From assembly GCA_963828525.1 (NCBI GenBank), contig CAWHEP010000008.1, positions 128,001-192,000 on the forward strand: DNA of 64,000 nucleotides, read 5' to 3'. Position 1 is the first letter of the stretch. Every line of letters begins with the position of its first letter. The position numbers were made by a program, and so were the translations under genes. Of the stretch, positions 30,130-41,800 are shown piece after piece. This DNA comes from an uncultured Verrucomicrobiae bacterium. GTDB taxonomy: Bacteria > Verrucomicrobiota > Verrucomicrobiia > Chthoniobacterales > Chthoniobacteraceae. A model generated the notes under the pieces. The model made no database searches. It saw only the letters and a program-made list of their open reading frames with translations, and was not told the DNA's origin.

Positions 30130-30166
30130 GAGGCACACCCGCCCGCCTTGGAACCGGCTTCACGAA

Positions 30167-31954
30167 GTGAACGCTCCGGTGAGTGAAGGAGCGGCAGCGC
30201 GCTCCAACCTTAATCAGCGGCTTTTAAGGCTGCTGAAGATCAGGGTATGGCTCGGAGACTTCATCCGTCCGAGCGAACTGCAGGTGACGCTCTTCTGGGC
30301 AGGGATGATTGGCTTTCTGGGGGCATTGTCATCGCTGCTTTTCCGTTTTCTCTCGAACCGCATCCGTCTCTTTGCAACTGAGCGGCAGGACTTTACGGCG
30401 CTCAGCCCCTGGCGCCTGCTGCTCATAACGACCGGTGGCGGACTTCTGGCCGGGCTGACCATCGCGCTGGGGACCCGGCTCTATAAGAAAAATAGCAGCA
30501 CAGATTACATGGAGGCGGTTGTGCTGGGCGACGGCAACGTTCCCGTTCGTCCGAGTCTCACAAAGTCCCTCTCCGCTCTATTCTCCATCTCGTCCGGCGC
30601 CTCCATCGGCAGCGAAGGCCCCATCGTGCAACTTTCCGCCATGCTGGCCTCGCTCGTAGGCCGTTTTCAGAACCTCCCTGCTCCCCGGAGAAGACTCATG
30701 GTAGCGTGCGGAGCCGCGGCCGGCATCGCCTCCGCGTACAACGCTCCCATCGCTGGATCCATGTTCGTCGCGGAAATCCTGCTTGGGTCGCTGGCGATGG
30801 AAAGCTTTGGCCCGCTGGTGTTTTCCTCTGTTGTCGCAACGCTGACGCTGAGGCAATTCCGGGGTGAGACCGCGCTGTATGGCACCGCCCAGTTCCGGCT
30901 GAACTCCGCGTGGGAGACAGCGCCGTACCTGCTCCTGGGGCTCATGTGCGGCATGGCCGCGCCCTATTTTCTGCGGGGGCTTCGACTTAGCGAAAAGGCA
31001 TTCTCTCTGTCAAAGATGCCGATCCCGCTGAAGCTGGCGGCCGGAGGGCTCGTGGTGGGTTCAATGGCGGTGCTCCGTCCGGAAATCTGCGGCAACGGGT
31101 ATTCTGTCGTCGAGACCATCCTGGGGGGCGGCTGGCCATGGAAAACTCTGCTCGCCATTCTTATTCTGAAGTTGTTGGCGACGGCGACCACCTTCGGCTC
31201 AGGGGCTGTGGGGGGAGTCTTCACGCCGACACTGTCCATCGGCGCAAGCTTCGGCTACCTGTACGGAATCGCAATCGGGCATGTTTGGCACAGCACCGCT
31301 CTGAGCCCCAGCGCTCTTGCTCTTGTGGGGATGGGGTCGTTCCTGGCGGCGACCACGCACGCGCCCATCATGGCTATCATCATGCTCTTCGAGATGACGC
31401 TCGACTACCAGATCATCCTGCCGCTGATGCTGGGTAGCGTGGTGGCCTACTACACGAGCATGAATATTGAAAAGGGATCCATTTACTCGGAATCGCTGAA
31501 GAGAAAAGGAGCAGGCCTGTTCGAGCGTCAACTAGCGGATCTCCGCGTCTCCAATTTCATGAAGCCGAATCCGGCGTCGGTCTCCGTGACCGCCTCCTTC
31601 GATCAGATCGCCCAGAACTTTGTAACGAACCGGTTTAACTACCTTTACGTGACCGATAAAATGGACCGGTTCGCCGGAGTGATCTCGCTGCACGATATCA
31701 AGCCTTATCTCAATCAACCGGACATCGCGGAAATCGTAACCGCCAGGGATCTTATTCGCGAGGAGTTCGCGACCATCACGCCCGACGTTTCCCTGGCGGA
31801 AGCGCTGAAGACATTCCTCCATCACGACGGGGAGCGCATCCCGGTGGTGGATGGAGCAAGCAGCCGAAAGCTTGTTGGGAGCATCTCCAAGACAGACCTG
31901 ATCCTGTCGCTGGCCGAAAGTTCAACCCCAAAGAACGCTGCCATCGGAATCTAG
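30167..31954 (+). CDS. ClcB-like chloride channel/transporter with C-terminal CBS pair
   Basis: TDYMEA, GASIGSEGP, CGAAAGIASAYNAPIAG, GGVFTP, THAP..FEMT; CBS domains at the C-terminus. Confidence 0.9.
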   Translation: MNAPVSEGAAARSNLNQRLLRLLKIRVWLGDFIRPSELQVTLFWAGMIGFLGALSSLLFRFLSNRIRLFATERQDFTALSPWRLLLITTGGGLLAGLTIALGTRLYKKNSSTDYMEAVVLGDGNVPVRPSLTKSLSALFSISSGASIGSEGPIVQLSAMLASLVGRFQNLPAPRRRLMVACGAAAGIASAYNAPIAGSMFVAEILLGSLAMESFGPLVFSSVVATLTLRQFRGETALYGTAQFRLNSAWETAPYLLLGLMCGMAAPYFLRGLRLSEKAFSLSKMPIPLKLAAGGLVVGSMAVLRPEICGNGYSVVETILGGGWPWKTLLAILILKLLATATTFGSGAVGGVFTPTLSIGASFGYLYGIAIGHVWHSTALSPSALALVGMGSFLAATTHAPIMAIIMLFEMTLDYQIILPLMLGSVVAYYTSMNIEKGSIYSESLKRKGAGLFERQLADLRVSNFMKPNPASVSVTASFDQIAQNFVTNRFNYLYVTDKMDRFAGVISLHDIKPYLNQPDIAEIVTARDLIREEFATITPDVSLAEALKTFLHHDGERIPVVDGASSRKLVGSISKTDLILSLAESSTPKNAAIGI

Positions 31955-31985
31955 CGAGCCTGCCTTGTCGGGATCTCAAGGGCAG

Positions 31986-32579
31986 TCACACGATTGGCGA
32001 GACGAGGCGTTCCACATACTTCGCCAGCAAATCGAACTCCAGGTTCAGAAGCGAAGCTGCCTCGATCAGGCAAAAGTTTGTGTGGGCAAATGTATGCGGG
32101 ATGATCCACACAACGAAGCTCTCCCGTTCCACTTCAGCAACCGTGAGACTTACCCCATTGACCGCGATGGATCCCTTCGACACGACATACTTCGCGGAAT
32201 CGAGCGGCAACGCGATCTTCACGCGGTACGTGAGGCCAGATTGTGAGATCGAAAGGACGCGCGCGGCGCAATCCACGTGTCCCTGCACGAAATGCCCTCC
32301 CAGCCGCCCGCTCGCTGGCAATGCCCTCTCGATATTCACCATTTGTCCGGACGAGAGGAGCCCAAGGTTGGTCCGCGCGAGGGTTTCCGCGAGAAGATCG
32401 AAAGCTACTCCCGCCTCGTTGCGCTCTGTCACGGTAAGGCAGCACCCATTTACCGACACGCTCTCTCCAGACACGATTTCGCCGGGCAATACAGGAAGCG
32501 TAAGGAAGAGCCGGGCGCAATCGTCAACCGGTTCCAACCTTTCAACTACCCCAGTGCATTCTATGAGGCCCGTAAACAC
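31986..32579 (-). CDS. ribE: Riboflavin synthase (alpha chain)
   Basis: [63 protein letters not shown]. Confidence 0.96.
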   Translation of the reverse strand: MFTGLIECTGVVERLEPVDDCARLFLTLPVLPGEIVSGESVSVNGCCLTVTERNEAGVAFDLLAETLARTNLGLLSSGQMVNIERALPASGRLGGHFVQGHVDCAARVLSISQSGLTYRVKIALPLDSAKYVVSKGSIAVNGVSLTVAEVERESFVVWIIPHTFAHTNFCLIEAASLLNLEFDLLAKYVERLVSPIV

Positions 32580-32681
32580 GTGGGTAGTATGCGAAAGGAG
32601 GAGCCAATTGCGAATGGGATCGTGCCGGGAAGCTGGAATTTCTTGCTTTCGCCGGCGCTAATATCGTTCTTACTTCTCCCA

Positions 32682-33605
32682 ATGGAGAAGATGATTATCA
32701 TTGGCACCGGTTGCGCGGGGCTGACGGCGGCAATCTACGCGGCGCGCGCAAACCTGGAGCCTCTCGTCCTTGAGGGAAAAGAGCCCGGAGGGCAGCTCAC
32801 AACGACAACACTCGTCGAAAACTTCCCTGGGTTCCCTGATGGCATCGACGGTCCGCAGCTCATCCTAAACATGAAGGCTCAGGCCCAGCGGTTCGGAGCC
32901 CGATTTTCATACTCCTACGTCACCGACATCGAGCGAAGGTCCGACCACGTGAGCGCGCAGATCGAAGGCGCGGAATGGCTCGACGCGAAGACCATGATCA
33001 TCGCGAGTGGCGCGTCCGCGCGCTGGCTTGGTTTGCCAGGAGAGAAGCAGTTGATCGGCCACGGTCTCACCTCGTGCGCGACGTGCGATGGGGCATTCTA
33101 CCGGAACGTGCCCGTATGTGTGATCGGCGGCGGTGATACTGCTTGCGAGGAAGCGGTGTTCCTGACCCGGTTTGCTTCAAAGGTATACCTGGTGCATCGG
33201 CGGGACACTCTACGGGCTTCGAAGATCATGGCGGATCGCGTTCTGGCGCATGCCAAGATCGAGCCGGTCTGGAACAGCATTCCGGTTGAGTACCTCCCGG
33301 ATGAGGCGGGCGAGATGAAGGCGTTGAAGGTCAAGGATACAGGGACGGGTGACGAAAAGGAGTTGGAGGTAAAATGCGTGTTTGTGGCGATCGGTCACAC
33401 TCCCAATACTTCCTCGTTCAAAGGGAAGCTGGATATGGATGAGAGCGGCTATCTCGTTCAAAGGCATGGCGTTCGCACAAACATGGAGGGGGTTTTTGCG
33501 GCTGGAGATGTCGCGGACCACGTATACCGGCAGGCGATTACCGCGGCGGGCCAGGGCTGCGCCGCCGCCATGGATGCCGAAAAATACCTGGCGGAACGGG
33601 ATTGA
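32682..33605 (+). CDS. trxB: Thioredoxin-disulfide reductase
   Basis: [64 protein letters not shown]. Confidence 0.96.
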   Translation: MEKMIIIGTGCAGLTAAIYAARANLEPLVLEGKEPGGQLTTTTLVENFPGFPDGIDGPQLILNMKAQAQRFGARFSYSYVTDIERRSDHVSAQIEGAEWLDAKTMIIASGASARWLGLPGEKQLIGHGLTSCATCDGAFYRNVPVCVIGGGDTACEEAVFLTRFASKVYLVHRRDTLRASKIMADRVLAHAKIEPVWNSIPVEYLPDEAGEMKALKVKDTGTGDEKELEVKCVFVAIGHTPNTSSFKGKLDMDESGYLVQRHGVRTNMEGVFAAGDVADHVYRQAITAAGQGCAAAMDAEKYLAERD

Positions 33606-33627
33606 GCGCCCGGGTGGCGGTCATGCA

Positions 33628-34794
33628 GTGAAGCTTTGCGACCTGACGCAGTTTTACTCTCCAGTCAGCGGAGGCGTGAAGCGGTATCTGAATGAAAAGA
33701 TTCTCTATCTTCATCAGCACACGGACGCCGACGAACATGTGCTCATCGTCCCGGGAGAGAAGGATTGCGTAACAGTAGAAGGCCGGTCGCGCACGTATTC
33801 GATCAAGTCGCCGCTGATCTCCAAAACGTCTCGCTACCGGGCGCTACTTCGACTGGAAGCAATCGAGGAGGTGCTGGAGAAAGAGCGTCCTGATCTTATC
33901 GAGTCGGGCGACCCCTATCAGGTGGCATGGAAGGCGATTGCCTCAGGCGACGCGCTTCGGATTCCAGTAATCGGCTTTTATCACTCTCATTTCCCGGAGG
34001 CTTACCTGAGAAGCTCAGAGAAATACTTCGGGGCGACGGCCACAGACTTCGTGATGGATCTCTCCAAGAGATACATACGCAATCTCTACAACCTCTTCTC
34101 CTGTACCTTGGTCCCCTCACCCGCGCTGGGAAAGCTTCTAGGTGATTGGGGGGTCGAGAACCTCCGCAGCATCGACCTCGGAGTGAATACGGACATTTTC
34201 AAGCCTGACAAGGCGTCAAACGCGCGGAGCGCTCTGCATATTTCTGACTCGGCATTCCTTCTCCTCTACGTCGGCCGCCTCGCGGGCGAGAAGAACACAC
34301 GCGCCTTGTTCGATGCCTTCAACATTCTCACGCGTCAACACCCCGGGCGCTTCCATCTCCTCGCGGTGGGGGACGGCGCGCAGCGGGACGCGCTCATACA
34401 TTTAAAGGAGCAGACAGGCGCAGTGACCTGGCTGCCGTACTGCGGCAACTCCATGGAGCTGGCGGCCATGTATTCATCCGCCGACCTTTTCGTTCACCCC
34501 GGCGTGCAGGAGACGTTTGGTCTCGTGACACTGGAAAGCCAGGCTTGCGGCACCCCGGTGGTTGGCATTCGCGGCAGCTATATGGATCGCATCATCCATA
34601 GCGACCAGACACACTGGGCCGCGGAGAACACGCCAGAGGCGCTGGCCGCCGCGATCCTAGGGGCGAGCCGGCTGGATCTCGCGACAATCGGGACCGCTGT
34701 CAGCAGAAGGGTCGCGAGCCTTTACTCCTGGCAGAAAGTCTTCGCCAATCTTTTTGCGATTTACCGGGACGTCATTTGCAACTACAGGAATTGA
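33628..34794 (+). CDS. Glycosyltransferase family 4
   Basis: DLTQFYSPVSGGVKRY, YVGRLAGEKN, ETFGLVTLESQACGTPVV. Confidence 0.9.
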   Translation: MKLCDLTQFYSPVSGGVKRYLNEKILYLHQHTDADEHVLIVPGEKDCVTVEGRSRTYSIKSPLISKTSRYRALLRLEAIEEVLEKERPDLIESGDPYQVAWKAIASGDALRIPVIGFYHSHFPEAYLRSSEKYFGATATDFVMDLSKRYIRNLYNLFSCTLVPSPALGKLLGDWGVENLRSIDLGVNTDIFKPDKASNARSALHISDSAFLLLYVGRLAGEKNTRALFDAFNILTRQHPGRFHLLAVGDGAQRDALIHLKEQTGAVTWLPYCGNSMELAAMYSSADLFVHPGVQETFGLVTLESQACGTPVVGIRGSYMDRIIHSDQTHWAAENTPEALAAAILGASRLDLATIGTAVSRRVASLYSWQKVFANLFAIYRDVICNYRN

Positions 34795-34798
34795 TCCG

Positions 34799-35478
34799 AT
34801 GAACGGCGAAAAGCAGATCACCATCCGCAAGTACGCCAACAGGGATCGGGAGAGCGTCAGGCGGCTTTGCTGTGAGACAGGTTTCCTGGGCCAGCCAGTG
34901 GACCCCGTTTTCGCCGACCGCGAGCTATTTGCGAACTTCTTGACAGGCTACTACACCGATTGGGAACCCGAGTCGGCGTTTGTGCTGGAACTGGACGGGG
35001 AGGTGAAAGGGTATCTGCTTGGTTCAAAACGCCCATTCCGGCAGCAGGTTTACAGCTTGTATCAGAACGCGGGCCTCCTCCTTCGGGTCATGCTCAGGTA
35101 TTGGAACTACAACACGGCGTCGCGCCGGTTCGTGCATTGGATCCTCTGTTATGGCTGGCGCGAAGTCCCAGCGGCTCCGCGGAGAACCGCGCATTTCCAC
35201 ATAAACCTGCTGCCCGAGGCTCGCAGCGTCGCCTCTACGCGGGCGCTGATGGACGCATATCTCAAGTAACTTGGTACGAGGCCGGCGAGAAGCGCGTCTA
35301 TGGGCAAATGGTCACCTTTGAGAGCCGCCGAGGCGCGAAGATGTTTGAACGCTATGGATTCAAGGTGGTGAATCGTTCGGAAATCTCAAAGTATCGCCGC
35401 CTGCATCCCAAGCCGGTTTATCTATGCACCGTCATTAAAGATCTGGACGAAAACTTTCAATTGTATGCCAAGGAGTAA
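34799..35478 (+). CDS. GNAT-family acetyltransferase, one frameshift near 35268
   Basis: ITIRKY, YYTDWEPESAFV..GEVKGYLLG, AHFHINLLPEAR, then FERYGF in the next frame. Confidence 0.75.
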
Positions 35479-35488
35479 TCACTGCAGG

Positions 35489-37336
35489 TCAATCACCTGA
35501 CTTCCGCGACACAGCAGGCTCGGGCGCGCGGGGTACAATCACCCTTTCCGCCTCCTTTCCCTGCGTCACCTTCTGGCGAGTACTTTCTATCTTGTCGTTG
35601 ATTCCCTTGTTATCACGATCCAAAGCGACCGCCTTTTGCCAATAGTTAACCGCCTGCGCCGAGTTGCCCAGTTTCATGTAGGTATCGCCGATGTGGTCAT
35701 AGACGACGGAGTCCGGCGGCTGAATTGCTTGAGCCGCCTTCAGCAACTGCGGGAGAGCTTTTTCAGGCTGGCCCTTTTTGAAATACAACCATCCGAGACT
35801 ATCTATGAAAGCCGCGTTGTTCGGATCAGTGAGGAGGGCGCGCTGGATCAGTTCTCCTGCTTCCTCAAGATGCTCTCCCCTGTCCGCCCACATGAACCCG
35901 AGGTAGTTGCACGCCTGACCGGAGTGCTGAGGATCCATCTGGATGGCTTTCTTCAACAATTCAGCGGCCTTGTCGATCATACCGGCCTGCTCTGCCGCGG
36001 CTCCGTAGCTGAGGTAGAAACGCTGGTCGAGCAGATCATCACGGTAGTTTTCCGCTTCATGCTCAGCTTCCTCAAACATTGTAAGAGATTCCTGGTTGCG
36101 CTTCACCTCGCTGAGAGCAGTGGCCAGGCGGTATGTAAGCTCCGGCCGTTCGGGAAACCTCCGCCGGGCTTCTGTGAGCGTATCTATCGCTTTATCATAT
36201 TGCTTCACCAGTATCTCGATCTCAGCCACCCGAGCATAATTCTGCCAGAGGGTGGGATTGAGCAGGAGATACTGCTGGAAGCTGGAAAGAGCCCCAGCGG
36301 TGTCGCCTTTCTCCTCGTACACCTGTCCCAGCATGTCGTAGGCTTCCTGTTGCAGTGGGTTCTCCTTGATCGCCTCGCGCAAGACAGCAATCGCGGCGTC
36401 CTGTTGATCGAGAGCCGAATAGCACTGCGCGACCTTCAGCCGGTTGGCTAACAGCGAGGGATCGTTCGCCACCTTTTTGGTCTCTATAAGAGTTTGATAC
36501 AGAGGGATGGCTGATTTCCACTGCCGAGCGCTGATGTAGAAGTCCGCAACCTGCTGGGTGACGTCGAGGTCTTCCGGAGAAAGAGCTCGGGCCTTCTCGT
36601 AAGCGCCTGCCATCTTTTTGAGGGATCCAGGCGGGGTAGATCCATCCTGCTTCAAGAGCAGTTCAGTATAGAGCCTGCCAAGCTGGAGCCAAAACTGGGG
36701 ATCGCGCACGGAAAGGCGGGAGGCTCGATCCAGTATCTGCTCTGCCTTGGCCGGCTGATTAGTGCCCGTGTAAATGTCGTAAGCCGCTCCATAAGAGACA
36801 AGGTTGGAGGGATCAAGATCAAGCGCCTGCAGCGCGTACTTCAGGCCAACATCCGGCTTCTTAAGATATTTAAAATAGAACTGGGAGAGATAGACGTATG
36901 TGGAAGGCTCCCTGGGCGAGGCCTTCACGCAATCCTTCAAAACATCGATTCCCGCGGGGATTTCTCCCCTTCTGGCGAGTTCCAAGGCGACCTTCACTGC
37001 CAGCGCAGAGTACCCGGGATCGAGCGCGAGTACCTTCTGATACTGCTCGAGCATGACATCATTATCGGCGTTATCTTCAGCGATAAAGCCCTGGATGTAG
37101 GCCGCGAGCGCGTCAGCGCGCCTCTGATCCTCTAGCGGGAGAAGAAGGTCTTTCGCAGGCGCGGACAGCTGAGAAACATCATCCGGGAGAGCGGGCCGCG
37201 CCGCAGCCGACTTCAGTGGCTCACGTCTACGCGCAGCAGCATCCGCATGGATGCAGGCTGCGAACATCCATACGCTCAGAATCCACTGGAGACGCCTGCC
37301 TTTTCCAGGCAACATCCCCAGCCGAAATGAGTTCAT
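35489..37336 (-). CDS. Exported TPR protein
   Basis: Signal peptide, many TPRs, NYLGFMWA...DSLGWLYFK...DHIGD C-terminal TPR pattern. Confidence 0.88.
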   Translation of the reverse strand: MNSFRLGMLPGKGRRLQWILSVWMFAACIHADAAARRREPLKSAAARPALPDDVSQLSAPAKDLLLPLEDQRRADALAAYIQGFIAEDNADNDVMLEQYQKVLALDPGYSALAVKVALELARRGEIPAGIDVLKDCVKASPREPSTYVYLSQFYFKYLKKPDVGLKYALQALDLDPSNLVSYGAAYDIYTGTNQPAKAEQILDRASRLSVRDPQFWLQLGRLYTELLLKQDGSTPPGSLKKMAGAYEKARALSPEDLDVTQQVADFYISARQWKSAIPLYQTLIETKKVANDPSLLANRLKVAQCYSALDQQDAAIAVLREAIKENPLQQEAYDMLGQVYEEKGDTAGALSSFQQYLLLNPTLWQNYARVAEIEILVKQYDKAIDTLTEARRRFPERPELTYRLATALSEVKRNQESLTMFEEAEHEAENYRDDLLDQRFYLSYGAAAEQAGMIDKAAELLKKAIQMDPQHSGQACNYLGFMWADRGEHLEEAGELIQRALLTDPNNAAFIDSLGWLYFKKGQPEKALPQLLKAAQAIQPPDSVVYDHIGDTYMKLGNSAQAVNYWQKAVALDRDNKGINDKIESTRQKVTQGKEAERVIVPRAPEPAVSRKSGD

Positions 37337-37351
37337 CGCGTAATGTAGCGA

Positions 37352-37456
37352 CTAAGACTTATAGCGCAAACGCTTCTTATGACGGTTCTCTTTCATCCGC
37401 TTCCGTCTTTTATGCTTCGCGATTTTTGCTTTACGTCTTTTCTTAAGTGAACCCAT
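37352..37456 (-). CDS. Small basic ribosomal protein bS22 / AURKAIP1-COX24 (mS38) family, 34 aa
   Basis: Manual translation MGSLKKRRKAKIAKHKRRKRMKENRHKKRLRYKS*; MGS..KKRRK..KHK.RK pattern; fills the gap between hisG and the TPR gene. Confidence 0.85.
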   Translation of the reverse strand: MGSLKKRRKAKIAKHKRRKRMKENRHKKRLRYKS

Positions 37457-37471
37457 CGGGACTTTCGGAAT

Positions 37472-38350
37472 CTAATACACCACTTTGTTGAGGGGATATT
37501 CGATGATGCCTTCTGCTCCAAGAGATTTCAACTGGGGTATGATCTCCCGAACGACCTTCTCATCGATAACCGTTTCAACCGCAACCCAACCAGCCTGCGC
37601 CAGTGGCGAAACCGTCGGATTGCGGAGGGACGGTAAGGCTTCGAGCAAATTCTTCAACTGTATTTGCTCTATATTCATCTTGAGGCCCACTTTGTCGCGG
37701 GCGGTGTGAGCGCCACGCACGAGCAGGACCAATCGCTCCAGCTTTTCCTTCTTCCACGGATCGGCCATCGCGGCCCTATTCGCGATAATCCGCGGAGAAG
37801 ATTCCATGATCACTTCCACGATCCGCAGATTGTTCGCGCGGAGAGAAGAGCCGGTCTCAGTGACGTCAACGATGGCATCCACCAAGTCTGGCACTTTGAC
37901 CTCCGTGGCGCCCCAACTGAACTCCACCTCGGCGCGAACGCCGTGTCGCGCCAGGAAGTTGTTCGTGAGCCGCACCGCTTCCGTTGCGATCCTCTTTCCC
38001 TCAAGGTCCTTCACCGCGCGAACCGGGGAGTTCTCGGGGACAGCAAGCACCCAGCGGGTAGGCTGAAAACTCGCTTTGCTGAACGTAAGTTCACAGACGC
38101 ACTCGACGTCGGACTGATTTTCCTCAACCCAGTCGCGCCCGGTGAGGCCGCAATCCAGGAATCCATGCTCGACATAGCGGCTGATCTCCTGCGCCCTCAG
38201 CAGACGCACCGCAAGATCGGGATCATCAATCACCGGCCTGTAGGAGCGTTTTGGATTGGTAATATTGAATCCCGCTTTCGCGAATAACGCGAATGTCGCC
38301 TCCTGCAAGCTGCCTGACGGGAGGCCAATCTGTAATACGGGGTGGGACAT
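37472..38350 (-). CDS. hisG: ATP phosphoribosyltransferase (long form)
   Basis: [51 protein letters not shown]-terminal regulatory domain GAEGIIEY. Confidence 0.95.
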   Translation of the reverse strand: MSHPVLQIGLPSGSLQEATFALFAKAGFNITNPKRSYRPVIDDPDLAVRLLRAQEISRYVEHGFLDCGLTGRDWVEENQSDVECVCELTFSKASFQPTRWVLAVPENSPVRAVKDLEGKRIATEAVRLTNNFLARHGVRAEVEFSWGATEVKVPDLVDAIVDVTETGSSLRANNLRIVEVIMESSPRIIANRAAMADPWKKEKLERLVLLVRGAHTARDKVGLKMNIEQIQLKNLLEALPSLRNPTVSPLAQAGWVAVETVIDEKVVREIIPQLKSLGAEGIIEYPLNKVVY

Positions 38351-38474
38351 CAAAAGGGAGTGCGTTTGTAGAGGGTGACAAGGAAGGTGGCGAGAAAAAA
38401 CGCATTAAAGTTTCGCCGCAATTCCGCGCGCGGGGTGAACGGCGAAGCCGGGATTAGTTCTAACTTCCCGCTGA

Positions 38475-38756
38475 CTACACCGAAGAGGATGTAGACGAGC
38501 GCCGCTGGCCTCTTGCACGAGCTTTTGCGGCCTCAAGTTCACGGTTCTTTGGCGCCGCGGAAGATTCAAGAGAGCGAAGAAGCTGCTGAACGACATCCGC
38601 CACTTCTTCAACCGCAGAGTGGAAGGCCGCCTCATTGCGCGCGGATGGCTTGGCGAATCCACAAACCTTTCTGACAAACTGGAGAGATGCCGCGTTGATC
38701 TCGTCGCTTGTGACCGGAGGCTCAAAGTTGAACAGATTCCTGATATTTCTACACAT
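38475..38756 (-). CDS. DUF2277-family protein
   Basis: MCRNIRNLFNFEPPVT.DEI.AASLQFVRKV.GF.KPS..NE.AF. Confidence 0.85.
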   Translation of the reverse strand: MCRNIRNLFNFEPPVTSDEINAASLQFVRKVCGFAKPSARNEAAFHSAVEEVADVVQQLLRSLESSAAPKNRELEAAKARARGQRRSSTSSSV

Positions 38757-38802
38757 GTTCGAGCTGGTCTTTATGAACGCGGTTCGTCAAATCCATGGAC
38801 AG

Positions 38803-41800
38803 CTAGACACCCACCGCAACGAGTTGCTGTTCCTCCTCCGACTCTGTTTCGGGCTCAATCGGAACAGGAACCGCGTGGCGGCGCTCCTTAGCAACGAGCA
38901 TGTACACGGAAGGAAGCACAAATAATGTGAAGAGTGTTCCCACAATCATTCCCGAAACGAGCACTATTCCGATGCTGTTCCTGGCTCCCGCGCCGGGACC
39001 ACGCGCCAGTACAAGAGGAAAGTGGCCGGCGACCGTCGCGACTGAGGTCATGAGCACCGGGCGCAACCTTGTTCCAGCTGCTTCGATGATGGCGTCCAGC
39101 TTGTTCATTCCCGACTCCTGAAGCTTGTTTGCGAATTCCACAATCAAGATGCCGTTCTTGGAGATCAAGCCAACCAAGGTGATGAGTCCCACCTGACTGT
39201 AGATGTTCAAGGTGGTGAACCCTAGGAAGCAGAACAGCAGCGCTCCTGACAGAGCCAAAGGCACCGAGCCGACGAGAATGATGAGAGGATCCCGGAAACT
39301 CTCGAACTGGGCGGCCAGCACGAGGAAGATGAGGATGAACGAAAGAACGAGTGTACCCGTCAAGCGATTGCCCTCCAGTCGCAGTTGCCGGCCTGTGCCG
39401 GCATAGTCCACAGAGAAACCCTTGGGCAGATCCTTGGCAGCGTCTTCCAGAACTCGCAGGGCTTGATCGAGAGTGACACCGGGAGGAATCGCGCCCTGAA
39501 TTTTAGCGGAGTTGAGTTGCTGGAAACGGTTGAGGTTGCGAGGCTCAGTGGTCTCCTTGAGAGAAGCAAAGGTGGAAAGCTGCACCAATTTGCCGTTCGG
39601 ACCGCTGACATAGAAGTTGTTTAACTGGTCGGCGTTCAGACGCTCAACACGCTTGATCTCAGGTATTACCTTATAGCTGCGACCGCTGTTGCTGAAGCGA
39701 TTAACGTAGTTCCCGCCCAGCATCGTTCCCAGGTCGCTTCCCACCTGTTCCAGGTTGAGACCCAGCGCGGCGACCTTGTCGCGGTCGAAGACGACCTCTG
39801 TCTGCGGCTGATCGTATTTCAGATCCGTGTCGGCGAACATGAAGAGGTGGCTTTCCATCGCTTTCTGAACCAACGCGTTGGCGTAATCCAGCAGCTCCCG
39901 AGGTTCAGCAGTGGAAGCGATGACGAACTCCACAGGGAACTGGCTCCCGCCGGGAAGCGGCTCCGGGGTCGTAGCGATGACGCGTACCCCGGGGATTTCG
40001 CCTGCCTTCCCGAACACCTCGCCCACGATCTGTTCGGTAGACCGCTTGCGTTCGCTCCACGATTTGGTGACCATCCCGGAAAACCCGCCAGTAGGGCTGG
40101 TGAGCTGAAATGTGTTCTCAGTCTCCGGGATCGACTTAAAGACTTCGTTCACCTTCTCGGCAAACATGCTGGTCTGGTCCACGGTCGAATTCGGAGCAGC
40201 TTGCACGATGCCGAAGACAACCCCCTGATCTTCCTTCGGCGCCAGCTCACTCTGTGTAAAGAGGAAGAAGGGGATGATGAGAAATACAACAATCACCCCC
40301 ATCGTGATCACGACCGGACGCCATTTCAAAGTGGCAGTGAGTCTGCCGATGTATGCCCGCCGGAGTCGATCAAAGCGGTTGTTCACCCATCCCGCAAAGC
40401 CGCGATGAGAGTCGCCAGCCCTCAGGAGCTTGGAAGACATCATAGGAGAAAGGGTCAGCGCCACCACGCCGGAGACCACTACCGCGCCGGCCAGAGTGAA
40501 TGCAAATTCCCGGAATAGAGCTCCCGTCAACCCGCCCTGGACGCCGATCGGAGCGTAGACGGCGACGAGAGTTATAGTCATCGCTATGATCGGCCCGAGA
40601 AGTTCATGCGCGCCCTTTATCGACGCGTCGAACGCGGTCATTCCCTCCTGCAAATGCCTCTCAATGTTTTCTACAACGATGATCGCGTCATCCACCACGA
40701 GGCCGACGGCGAGCACGATCGCAAGAAGGGTCAGCAGGTTGAGCGTAAACCCAAACAGCAGCATCAGGAACGCGGCCCCGATGAGGGAGATAGGAATGGC
40801 GACAACCGGGATAATTATGGAGCGCACGGAGCCCAAAAAGAGGAAGATGACAACGACGACGATCGCCAGCGTCTCCATGAGCGTCTTCATCACCTCGTTC
40901 AACGCGTCGCTGATGTAGCGCGTTGAGTCGTATGGTATCTTGACCTGCATCCCGACGGGCAACTGACGCTCGATTTCGGGAATCTCCGCCCGCACGGCCT
41001 TGATGACGTCCAACGAATTGGCAGTCGGAAGTACCCACACTCCCATGAAAGTCGCTTTCTCTCCCGAGAACCTGACGTCTTGAGTGTAGTCTTCGGCGCC
41101 GAGTTCCACATCCGCGACATCGCGGAGCCGTATGATCGCGCCGTTGGCGTGGCGGATCACCAACTCCCGAAATTCTTCCGGCGTCCGCAGATCAGTATTG
41201 GCAACCAGGTTCACGGAAATCATCGACCCCTTCGTCGCGCCGACAGCAGAGAGCCGGTTATTGGAGGCCAAGGCTTGGCGAATCTCGGAGGCTGAAATAT
41301 TCATTGCCGCCATCCGGTCTGGTTTCAGCCAAATACGCATCGCAAAAGTGCGCGCGCCAAGAATGTCAGCGCGTTGCACACCGCTCACGGCGGTCAGCTT
41401 CGGCTGGACAACGCGGGTCAGGTAGTCCGTGATCTGATTCTGATCCAGATCATTGGAGTAGAAACTGATGTACATCGCGGCGAACTGGTTGTCCGCGGTC
41501 TCCAGTTCGATGACGGGAGACTCCGCCTCGGGTGGCAGATCGTTCCGCACCTGCGCAGTTTTCGCCTGGATCTGCGTCAGCGCGGCGTTCGTGTCGTAAT
41601 TCAGCTTCAAATGCACCGTGATGGTGCTCAAGCTCTGCGCGCTCTGGGATTCGATGTAATCGATTCCATCCGCGCTCGCGATAACCCGCTCCAGCGGCGT
41701 TGTGATAAACCCACGCACGAGGTCGGCATTCGCGCCGACATAAGTGGTGTTTACCGTGATGACCGCGATATCACTACGGGGATATTGCCTGACGTTGAGA

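Noticed and set aside
32277..32681. Long N-terminal extension of trxB (similar extensions on the ORFs starting at 18240, 33382, 43562 and 47643)
   Set aside because: These overlap neighbouring real genes; family motifs begin at downstream starts.
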